NCBI GenBank assembly: GCA_031259205.1
Contig: JAIRLS010000319.1
Coordinates: 1 to 43,012, forward strand
DNA: 43,012 nt
Origin: Bacteroidales bacterium
GTDB taxonomy: Bacteria; Bacteroidota; Bacteroidia; Bacteroidales; UBA4181
Direction: 5' to 3'
Shown piece after piece: positions 9,666 through 17,586 of the stretch; position 1 is the stretch's first letter; each line of letters begins with the position of its first letter. The notes beneath the pieces are model-generated. The model did no database searches. It saw only the letters and a program-made list of their open reading frames with translations, and was not told the DNA's origin. The position numbers and the translations under genes were made by a program.

Positions 9666-12473
9666 ATGAAATATAATATTCGTAAAAAACATCAACAATT
9701 TGCCGGATGGTTGCCGGCGGTCATATTCTTTCTTACCGCAAACCCGGGCGTTTTTGCCGGAGAAAGGGACAGTCTTGTGTTTGTCGCCTACGGCGAACAA
9801 CGCAAGGAACGGGTGGTTTCTTCCGTATCAACTGTCAGCGGGGAGGACTTGGGCAAATCGCAGGTTTCCACGCTGGGGAACACTTTTTTCGGACGTTTTC
9901 CGGGCATGACCGTTATACAGACTAACGGCGAACCGGGTTACGACGAAGCTTCCGTTTATTTGCGCGGCCAACACACCCTGCAAAGCAATACCTGCATCAT
10001 CCTCGTAGACGGTTTTCAAGTGGACGCTTTCAGCCAAATCTCTGCCGAGGAAATAGAATCGATATCCTATTTGAAGGATGCCGCCGCGCTTGCCCTCTAC
10101 GGCATCAGTTCCGCCAACGGCGCCCTGCTCATCACCACCAAAAAGGGCAAAAATACGGGAAAGAAAACGAACATCTCCCTGAAAGCGAGGTACGGGCTGC
10201 ATACCCCTGCTTACTTGCCGAAGTTCGAAGGTTCTTACAATTATGCCCTGCTCTACAATGAAGCCCTGCAAAACGACGGATTGCCCGTGATGTACGGCGA
10301 CAAAGACCTGCAAGGCTACCTGAGCGGCAGCGACCCCTATTATTATCCCGACGTCAACTGGTATGACGAAATCCTTTCCAAAACATCCGACATACAGGAT
10401 TATTCCCTTTCGTTTACCGGAGGAAACCTTCATGCGCGTTACTTCGTCATGGCAGGGTTCATGGGATACAACGGACTGTACGACGGCACCGACCAAAAAA
10501 TCAACTCGAATATTAATTTCAAAAGAATTAATTTTCGCGCCAATGTCGACGTCGATGTGAACAGCGACCTGTCCTTCCGGATGAATCTGGGCGGACGCAT
10601 CGAAGACCGCATGTTTCCCAACACTGCCACCGCTACCATGTGGCAGCACATGGCAACTTACGCGCCCAACCTCTACCCCGTACGCACGCCCGACGGAAAA
10701 ATCACCGGCACCGCCAGCTATCCCGACAATCCCGTAGGCAGCGTGCTGGAAGAAGGTTACGGATCGCGGCATACCCGAAATGTACAGGCGGCAGTCACCG
10801 CAAAGGAAAAATTGAGCTTTCTTGCCGACGGCCTGAGCGTATTCGCGAGCATCGCCTTCGGCAGCAACTATCAGAACGGGTACAACAAGCAGAAGACGTA
10901 CGCCTATTACGAACCGATCAAAACCATCTCCGGTACAGGGCAGGATTCCATCTATTACGTGCAGCGCGGCGCCGATACCGACCTGACGGTAAGCACCGGA
11001 AACGATGCGGAAAACAACCGGATGGAGATACATGCGGGACTGGAATACGAACAGTCTTTCGGCCAACACGACCTGAAAGCGCTGCTGATGTACCGGCAAA
11101 GCAAACGCTCCAACTTCACCGAACAGTCGGCTTATGCCAAACGGGATTTTTTAGGACGGATCGATTACGCCTTGCGGGACAAATATCTGGCGGAATTGTC
11201 CCTCGCATACAGCGGTACCGACAATTACCGGCCCGGCCGGCGTTTCGGATTTTTCCCCGCGCTCGGATTAGGATGGGTGCTTTCAAAGGAAGATTTTCTG
11301 CAAAACCTCAAACCTGTTGATTACCTGAAAATCCGGGGGTCGGCCGGACTGCTGGGCAACGATCAGGGCGCTGCCCGTTTCGCCTACAATCAGTATTGGG
11401 GGCCGGCCTCCAGTCAGGGATACTATTTCGGTACCGGCGTTACCTATTATGAAGCGCTGGTACAGCAAGCCGTTGCCAATCCCGATTTCACATGGGAAAA
11501 AGCCTTACTGTACAACATCGGGCTGGAAACGGAACTGTTCAACCGGCGCCTGTCCTTTACAGCGGATTATTTTTTTGAAGACCGTTACGACATACCGGTC
11601 AGCAATACCAATACCCTGCCGAGCTTCTCCGGTATTACCTTTTCCACCATGCTGAACAGGGCCGAGGTGAACAACCGGGGCATAGAACTCTCGACAACGT
11701 GGCGCGACCGTGCAGGCAACACCGGCTATTTCGCAGGAGCGCAGTTCTCCTTTATTCGCAATAAAATCGTTGAAAGTTTTGAAGCTCCCCACAGGGAAGC
11801 CGCCCGCTATACGCAGGGACATTCCGTCGGACAGCGTTACGGGCTGGAAGCCGTCGGATTTTTCCGCGACGACACGGATATTGCCCTCAATCCCGTCCAT
11901 ACGTTCTCTAATGTGCGGCCGGGCGATTTGAAATATAAAGATCAGAATAAAGACGGCTTTATCAACGTCGACGATGAAGTGCCCATCGGAAAACCGAGCG
12001 TCCCCGAAATTACCTTTTCCGTGAACACGGGAATAACGTGGAAAGGCTTCGATTTGGAACTGCTCTTTGACGGTAACGCCAACCGGAACATCTATCTGAA
12101 CGGCTACATGTTCTGGCCCTTTATCAACGATTACAATATCTCCACATGGGCTGCCGAACGGCGCTGGACGCCCGAAACGCACAGTGAAGCCGCTTTTCCG
12201 CGCCTCACCACGCAAGCCAATCCCAACAATTACCGCGCTTCCGACTTTTGGGTGCGCAACATCTACGTCCTGAGGCTGCGCAATGCCGAATTGGGATACA
12301 ATTTCTCCGGAAATTGGCTGAACAGGGCGAAAATAGAAAAACTCAGGGTCTACGTAAGCACATTGAACCTGCTTACTTTAAGCAACCTGGACGCGGACGT
12401 CGATCCGGAAACCCTGAGCGTCGGCTATCCGACCCTGAAAACCTTTTCTGTCGGAATCAACTTGAATTTTTAA
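9666..12473 (+). CDS. SusC/RagA-family TonB-dependent transporter (pair 2), lacking the N-terminal carboxypeptidase-regulatory-like extension
   Basis: 935 aa. The signal peptide (…LTANPGVFAG) runs directly into a TonB-box/plug region (DSLVFVAYGEQRKERVVSSVSTVSGEDL). The barrel ends FSVGINLNF. Confidence 0.9.
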   Translation: MKYNIRKKHQQFAGWLPAVIFFLTANPGVFAGERDSLVFVAYGEQRKERVVSSVSTVSGEDLGKSQVSTLGNTFFGRFPGMTVIQTNGEPGYDEASVYLRGQHTLQSNTCIILVDGFQVDAFSQISAEEIESISYLKDAAALALYGISSANGALLITTKKGKNTGKKTNISLKARYGLHTPAYLPKFEGSYNYALLYNEALQNDGLPVMYGDKDLQGYLSGSDPYYYPDVNWYDEILSKTSDIQDYSLSFTGGNLHARYFVMAGFMGYNGLYDGTDQKINSNINFKRINFRANVDVDVNSDLSFRMNLGGRIEDRMFPNTATATMWQHMATYAPNLYPVRTPDGKITGTASYPDNPVGSVLEEGYGSRHTRNVQAAVTAKEKLSFLADGLSVFASIAFGSNYQNGYNKQKTYAYYEPIKTISGTGQDSIYYVQRGADTDLTVSTGNDAENNRMEIHAGLEYEQSFGQHDLKALLMYRQSKRSNFTEQSAYAKRDFLGRIDYALRDKYLAELSLAYSGTDNYRPGRRFGFFPALGLGWVLSKEDFLQNLKPVDYLKIRGSAGLLGNDQGAARFAYNQYWGPASSQGYYFGTGVTYYEALVQQAVANPDFTWEKALLYNIGLETELFNRRLSFTADYFFEDRYDIPVSNTNTLPSFSGITFSTMLNRAEVNNRGIELSTTWRDRAGNTGYFAGAQFSFIRNKIVESFEAPHREAARYTQGHSVGQRYGLEAVGFFRDDTDIALNPVHTFSNVRPGDLKYKDQNKDGFINVDDEVPIGKPSVPEITFSVNTGITWKGFDLELLFDGNANRNIYLNGYMFWPFINDYNISTWAAERRWTPETHSEAAFPRLTTQANPNNYRASDFWVRNIYVLRLRNAELGYNFSGNWLNRAKIEKLRVYVSTLNLLTLSNLDADVDPETLSVGYPTLKTFSVGINLNF

Positions 12474-12476
12474 TCA

Positions 12477-14219
12477 ATGAATCGAAATTTTATAAAATTT
12501 AAAATCATGAATCCTTTGAAATATTTGTTTTTTCTCATGCTGCCCCTGTGCATTCTCCATACGGGATGCGGCGATTTTATGGATACTGCCGTCGAAACGC
12601 GGTATCTCGAAGAAGATGTTTTTGTTGATTACAGCCGGATTTCCAAGACGGGCTACGGCGTTTATACCGCCCTGTTCTCCTTTGGATTCGACCGTATCAG
12701 TTCGGCTATGCTGGCTTCCGCCTGCGACGAAGCCGACCATGCCGACGTTAATTCCTCCGTCCACTATTTCAATAACGGAACGTGGACAGCCACCTCCAAC
12801 CCGGATAACGTCTGGAGTACTTTCTATACCGCTATCCGGCGAGCCAACATGTTTCTGGAGGAATCGGCGGATTACAGGCTCATCCTCCTCCGCGACACCC
12901 TCATCCCATCCAACCGCGAAAATTACCTCTATCAGGTAAGGGATATCGAATGGTTACGGGCGGAAGTGCGTTTCCTGAGAGCCTTTTATCATCTCGAACT
13001 GTTAAAGCGCTATGGCGGTATTCCCGTGATGAAAGAAGTGATCGACGACGAATCGACACTGGTGAACAGGCAGCGCGACAGTTTTGAAACAGGCGTCAAC
13101 TTCGTCGTTGACGAATGTGACGCCGTCATTCCGCTACTGAAAGACAGTTGGGTCGATTTCGACGGCAACAAGTGGCGGGGACGCGCCACCAAAGGGGCGG
13201 CACAGGCGTTAAAAACAAGAGCCTTGCTCTATGCCGCCAGCCCACTGAACAATCCCGCCAACGACCCTGATAAATGGATTCGGGCGGCACAGGCTGCTCA
13301 CGACATCATCCGGGCGGGACTTTACAGCCTGCACACCGATTACGGAGGACTGTTCAATCTGGGTAACGGGTCGGACGGCAACCCGGAAGTGCTCTTTGCC
13401 GTGCAACGATGGAACGAAAATACTTTCGAAAAAAATAATTATCCTGTCGGCTATGATCAGGGAGGACAGGCCGTTACCTGCCCTTCCCAAAATCTGGTGA
13501 ACGCCTACGAAATGAAGGCTACCGGAAAGACCATCGGCGAACCGGGGTCGGGCTACGACCCGGAAAAACCCTATGACGGCAGAGATCCCCGCCTGACCAT
13601 GTCCGTCATCGTGAACAATTCCACCTTCAACGGACGAAAGGTGGAATGCTGGGTCGGCGGAATAGACGGCATCGGCAAACTGAAAGCCACCACCACAGGA
13701 TATTACCTGAAAAAGTACGTGAGAGAAAATCTAAATCTCACCCAAAACCAGACAGGCGTCCATTCGTGGATTCTCTTCCGTTACGGCGAAGTGCTGCTCA
13801 ATTATGCCGAAGCCATGAACGAGGCATACGGCCCCGAATCCAAAGGCGGCCTTACCATGTCGGCAAAGGCAGCCATCGACGCCGTACGCTCGCGAAACGG
13901 CGTGGCAATGCCTGTCCTTCCGCCCGGACTGACGCAGGACGAAATGAGAGAGCGCATCCGCAACGAACGAAGAGTAGAACTCGCCTTTGAAGAACATCGC
14001 TTCTTCGACGTCCGGCGATGGAAAATTGCCATGACAACGGAAAACCTGCCTCTGATGGCCATGCAAACCGTTAAAACAAGTTGGAACGACGAATTTGAAT
14101 ACCTCGTCTTCAAAAAGGAAAACCGTATCTTCAAAGAATACATGTACCTCCATCCTATTCCGGAAACGGAAGTCCTCAAAGGCGCCCTTGTCCAAAACCC
14201 GGGATGGGAGTGGGAGTAA
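12477..14219 (+). CDS. SusD/RagB-family nutrient-binding lipoprotein (pair 2)
   Basis: Starts 4 nt after the SusC-2 stop; ATG 12507 is an alternative start. Lipobox LHTGCGDF. Motifs RAFYHLELLKRYGGIP, LFRYGEVLLNYAEA, EEHRFFDVRRWK, QNPGW. Confidence 0.92.
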   Translation: MNRNFIKFKIMNPLKYLFFLMLPLCILHTGCGDFMDTAVETRYLEEDVFVDYSRISKTGYGVYTALFSFGFDRISSAMLASACDEADHADVNSSVHYFNNGTWTATSNPDNVWSTFYTAIRRANMFLEESADYRLILLRDTLIPSNRENYLYQVRDIEWLRAEVRFLRAFYHLELLKRYGGIPVMKEVIDDESTLVNRQRDSFETGVNFVVDECDAVIPLLKDSWVDFDGNKWRGRATKGAAQALKTRALLYAASPLNNPANDPDKWIRAAQAAHDIIRAGLYSLHTDYGGLFNLGNGSDGNPEVLFAVQRWNENTFEKNNYPVGYDQGGQAVTCPSQNLVNAYEMKATGKTIGEPGSGYDPEKPYDGRDPRLTMSVIVNNSTFNGRKVECWVGGIDGIGKLKATTTGYYLKKYVRENLNLTQNQTGVHSWILFRYGEVLLNYAEAMNEAYGPESKGGLTMSAKAAIDAVRSRNGVAMPVLPPGLTQDEMRERIRNERRVELAFEEHRFFDVRRWKIAMTTENLPLMAMQTVKTSWNDEFEYLVFKKENRIFKEYMYLHPIPETEVLKGALVQNPGWEWE

Positions 14220-14305
14220 AACCTGTCAAGATCATCAGACCTGACTGTGTTAAAATAGAAAATCTCAAATTTTAATAATACAAAATAAATTTAAAATTAA
14301 ACATC

Positions 14306-15907
14306 ATGAAAAATAATAATTGGATTTGTACGGTACCTGTTTTGGCGGCAACGCTTATTCTTGCCGCCTGTACCGAAAAAATTATCTTTCCGGACAGCGA
14401 AAAGATAGAGATACCGAAATTGGAAGACGCTTCGGCCAAATACCTGTGGATCGGACGCGACTACAAACTGGCGGTGGAGATCGCCGTGTCGGACAACGAA
14501 ACGCTGACCTCCCTGCAACTCTCCAACGGGGAATGGGGTGTGGATACCCTCGTTCTCATTTCCGGTTCCCGTTATGTCTTTCGCGATACTTTCCCCGTTT
14601 CCAAAGACGCCACCCCCATGCGGCACGAAGTGGAACTGACGGTAAAAAATGCCGGCGGCGGCATTTTGAAAACCACCGTCGAGGTAAATGATGTTTCGGC
14701 GGTCAATCAAATAGAGGGCTACAACCCTGACGTCCTGCCGCCCGCCATCACTATCAGCCGTCCGACAGTTGCAAAATTTTACGGGCTGTCGGATGACGTT
14801 CCCGTCGAGGTGTCGGCTTCCATAACGGACGACGAAGAACTGGCGGAACTCTATGTCAAACTGTGGGGCGAAAGCGTGTCGGGCGCCTATTTCGAATGGG
14901 ATGAAAGCCTTACGCCCACATCCGACGCAGAAAAAACCGTTTACAGCTATACCCGCAACTTCACCCTGCCGGGCGGCGAAGCAGGCGAATATCAGTTCAT
15001 GATCAAAGCAACCGATCAAAGCGGCAATCAAACGGTATCGGGCGGCAACCTCACGGTAGGCGTCATGGACAGACTCTACCTGTCGGACGCCAAAAATGCG
15101 TGGGAAGTCACCAATCAGGGGTACGACGCCTATGCGGATAAAACCGCATGGGGAATAGGCACTCTGCTGGCCATGCGGAGAGCAGGTAACAACCTCTTTA
15201 CGCTGGACTATTATTACCGGAACGACGCCGACGATAACATCCGGTTCATCGCCTTCGCGGGGAACGACCGGCCTTTCGGCACTGCTTCGCGCTCGGTCAC
15301 GTATACGCTGGACGGCGCAAATGTGCTGGCGCAGAAAAGCGGAGCGGCGGGAAGCGTCACGGCGGAACTCAATCAGGCCGATTTCAAGCTGCCGGTCGAA
15401 AGGAAAGGATATTACACGATTACCGTTGACCTGAACGCCCGTACCGTCACAGCGACGCCGATAACAGACGCCAATCCCGACTTTGCCAATGCCACGCTCT
15501 TCCCCGCATTCGACCCTCAGGCGCCATATCCTTATCTGGCAATCATTGCCGGCGGCAGCGTAGTAAACGCCCCGGGCTGGACGGAAGGAGGAGATACCCA
15601 TGCGAAACTTCCGAAGGAAACGGAACACGATTTCCTCTACAGTGGCGAATTTACCACCGCAGGCGGAGTGAACATCAGTTTCCTTGCGCCCAAAACGATA
15701 GGTCCGCCTGCCGGCACGGGATGGTTCCGCCTTCCGGCAGCCCGGGCCAACATGAAGGACGTCTATGGCGATTTGATTTCGCAGATCAAACCGATAGGGC
15801 CAAGTAACGCCGGTGCGAATTACGGTATCTCCCTTACGGGAAACACCCAATGGTATGCCACCTACGATTTGATGACCTACCGGTTGAGAGTAGTAAAAAA
15901 ACAGTGA
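14306..15907 (+). CDS. PUL-encoded surface lipoprotein, possible SusE/F-like glycan-binding protein
   Basis: Lipobox LILAACTEK. All-beta, Ig/CBM-like composition (for example GYYTITVDLNARTVTATPI). Sits immediately downstream of SusD-2. No catalytic motif recognised. Confidence 0.6.
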   Translation: MKNNNWICTVPVLAATLILAACTEKIIFPDSEKIEIPKLEDASAKYLWIGRDYKLAVEIAVSDNETLTSLQLSNGEWGVDTLVLISGSRYVFRDTFPVSKDATPMRHEVELTVKNAGGGILKTTVEVNDVSAVNQIEGYNPDVLPPAITISRPTVAKFYGLSDDVPVEVSASITDDEELAELYVKLWGESVSGAYFEWDESLTPTSDAEKTVYSYTRNFTLPGGEAGEYQFMIKATDQSGNQTVSGGNLTVGVMDRLYLSDAKNAWEVTNQGYDAYADKTAWGIGTLLAMRRAGNNLFTLDYYYRNDADDNIRFIAFAGNDRPFGTASRSVTYTLDGANVLAQKSGAAGSVTAELNQADFKLPVERKGYYTITVDLNARTVTATPITDANPDFANATLFPAFDPQAPYPYLAIIAGGSVVNAPGWTEGGDTHAKLPKETEHDFLYSGEFTTAGGVNISFLAPKTIGPPAGTGWFRLPAARANMKDVYGDLISQIKPIGPSNAGANYGISLTGNTQWYATYDLMTYRLRVVKKQ

Positions 15908-15970
15908 AAAAACCGGTTGCCTTTTCTTGTGTGCGGAGAGATTTTGTGCATGAATACAAGTTCCTTTAAG

Positions 15971-16160
15971 GAATGGAAAATTAATAAAGTATAACAGCGC
16001 CTCTCGCAGGGAGGACACTTTATTAACCGTATACTTTAGCATACGGTAACGAACCTGCTCTCTCATAAGTCCCGACGGGACGACGCTTTATCAACCCATT
16101 AATAAAGTGTCGTCCCTACGCGACTTTTGAGTAGAATTTTATTCATTCGTTATATCTAAG
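15971..16160. other. 190-bp structured insertion present in the left repeat arm only (MITE/REP-like element or small structured RNA)
   Basis: Absent from the right arm, which reads ...ccctttaag|cgataagag..., whereas the left arm reads ...cctttaag[190 bp]...tctaag|cgatatgag. Contains three hairpins. First: 15981-15990/16017-16026 (10 bp), enclosing 16000-16005/16009-16014. Second: 16027-16032/16041-16046. Third: 16077-16091/16102-16116 (15 bp, one G-U pair). Confidence 0.6.
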
Positions 16161-16239
16161 CGATATGAGTGGGCTGTCGTCAGCCGTTCACAGTTTGTAA
16201 AAAATATTTTTACTTCTAAAAAATATCACTAAATTTGCC

Positions 16240-16247
16240 GAATAAAA
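16240..16247 (+). promoter_or_regulatory. consensus Bacteroidota -7 box TAAATTTG upstream of Rpn copy 1
   Basis: TAAATTTG ends 16 nt before ATG 16264. The same box is conserved in the inverted copy (35220-35227, - strand). Confidence 0.5.
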
Positions 16248-16263
16248 TATAAGAAACCGTAGT

Positions 16264-17193
16264 ATGCAAAAGGACAGAGAGAAAAGTGCAGGGAAAAAAG
16301 AGAGACAGTTAGTCTCCTTTGACTGGGCGGTAAAACGCCTGTTACGGGACAGGGTAAATTTTGAAGTGGTGGAAGGTTTTTTGAGCGAACTGTTGAATCG
16401 CGAAGTGCGGATCACCAGCGTATTGGAAAGCGAAAGCAACAAGGTTGACGCCATAGATAAACACAACCGTGCCGATATAGTGGTTGAGGACAGGGAAGGG
16501 GAAATCATCCTGATAGAATTGCAGTTCATCCTGGAGATAGATTATTTTCAACGGATGCTGTTCGGCGTGAGCAAGGCTATCACCGACGGCATGACTCAGG
16601 GCAGCCTGTACAGGTCGTTAAAGAAAATCTATTCCATCAACATCGTTTATTTTGACATTGGCCATGGGAATGGTTATGCGTATCACGGCAGGACGGACTT
16701 CCGGAACATGTATGACGGAACGGACATCCTCGAACTGTCGGAAGAACAGCGGGAGATATTCGGGAAAATCGAAGTTGGTGATTTGTATCCGGAATATTAT
16801 GTATTAAAGATCAATAAATTCGATGACGTTGCAAAGACTACGCTTGATGAATGGATTTATTTTTTGAAAAACGACCGTATAAAAGAGGATTTCAAGGCCC
16901 AAGGTTTGCTGAAAGCGCGCGAAATATTAGATTACTTTCGCCTTTCTGCGGAAGAGAGGGCGGCTTATGATTATGAACAGGAGGCCAAAAGTCGCTATCT
17001 CAGCCAAATCGCCTCTGCAAAATACGAAGTGGAATGGGAATACTCGAAACAGATCAAAGAGAAAGATAAAACGATCGAAGAGAAAGATAAAACGATCGAA
17101 GAGCAAAGCAAAGCGCTCGAAGAGCAAAGCAAAGCACTCGAAGAAAAAATACGCGAAATAGAAGAATATAAACGTCTTTTAAATATAAATTAA
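16264..17193 (+). CDS. Rpn-family (YhgA-like, PD-(D/E)XK, TIGR01784-type) recombination-promoting nuclease / putative transposase, copy 1
   Basis: 309 aa. The N-terminal half carries the nuclease core (NRADIVVEDREGEIILIELQ). The C-terminal coiled-coil has 21-nt tandem repeats. About 90% identical to the 341-aa copy at 34168..35193. Confidence 0.85.
   Translation: MQKDREKSAGKKERQLVSFDWAVKRLLRDRVNFEVVEGFLSELLNREVRITSVLESESNKVDAIDKHNRADIVVEDREGEIILIELQFILEIDYFQRMLFGVSKAITDGMTQGSLYRSLKKIYSINIVYFDIGHGNGYAYHGRTDFRNMYDGTDILELSEEQREIFGKIEVGDLYPEYYVLKINKFDDVAKTTLDEWIYFLKNDRIKEDFKAQGLLKAREILDYFRLSAEERAAYDYEQEAKSRYLSQIASAKYEVEWEYSKQIKEKDKTIEEKDKTIEEQSKALEEQSKALEEKIREIEEYKRLLNIN
17060..17143 (+). repeat. 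in-frame 21-nt tandem repeat (4 units) in the 3' end of Rpn copy 1
   Basis: agaaagataaaacgatcgaag x2, then agcaaagcaaagcRctcgaag x2. Encodes (E)KDKTIE / EQSKALE heptads. Confidence 0.85.
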
Positions 17194-17586
17194 GATTAAG
17201 CGCATAGAATACCCATTTCCCTATATCTGATGGATCTGCAACAGATTTCCATTTTGCATAATTATTCCCATTTAAATTTTGAGTAGATGGACGGGGAAAT
17301 CTTTGCTCGAAGTTGCTTTCAAATGTTTTGTACGCAATGGGGTCGTCCAAAAAAATAAACATGTACCCGTTTTTTATACTTCCGGCAGTTCCGAATTTAT
17401 GGGATGAAAGAAGAAAATACCTGTGAGGGCTGAACATAGCATTGTCTTGAAACTGCCGCTCCGGTTCCGCATACGTGTGAAAACGCTCTTGCCTGTTCCG
17501 CGTGGGAAGCAAGCCTTTTTTGGAGTGTTGAAAACCGATACGGACGGGACACTTTTTCCCTCCCAAGGCAAAAAGATTTCGCAGGG

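Larger units (their letters stand above)
15917..17375. repeat. left arm of a large inverted repeat (Rpn-type unit: upstream flank + gene + ~180-nt 3' flank), interrupted by a 190-bp insertion
   Basis: Manual alignment. 15917-15970 matches the reverse complement of 35300-35350. 16161-17375 matches the reverse complement of 33995-35299. Roughly one mismatch per 10-15 nt, plus a 21-nt-repeat copy-number difference. Confidence 0.85.

Noticed and set aside
14297-16066. A 589-aa ORF on the - strand, and similar long antisense ORFs: 2608..3645 -, 7844..9112 -, 9828..11099 -, 18322..19329 +, 19820..20917 +, 25398..26186 +, 29954..31378 +, 36611..37339 +.
   Set aside because: Each lies entirely opposite a gene with strong family motifs. 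Their translations are Arg/Gly/Val-rich with no recognisable domains. These are typical shadow ORFs of GC-moderate coding DNA.
17194-17375. A conserved antisense small ORF in the Rpn 3' flank (MFIFLDDPIAYKTFESNFEQRFPRPST...), also seen at 33995-34167.
   Set aside because: Differences between the two copies fall mostly on codon positions 1 and 2 and include radical changes. There is no sign of purifying selection on that frame. The region is more likely a conserved non-coding flank or 3' UTR.
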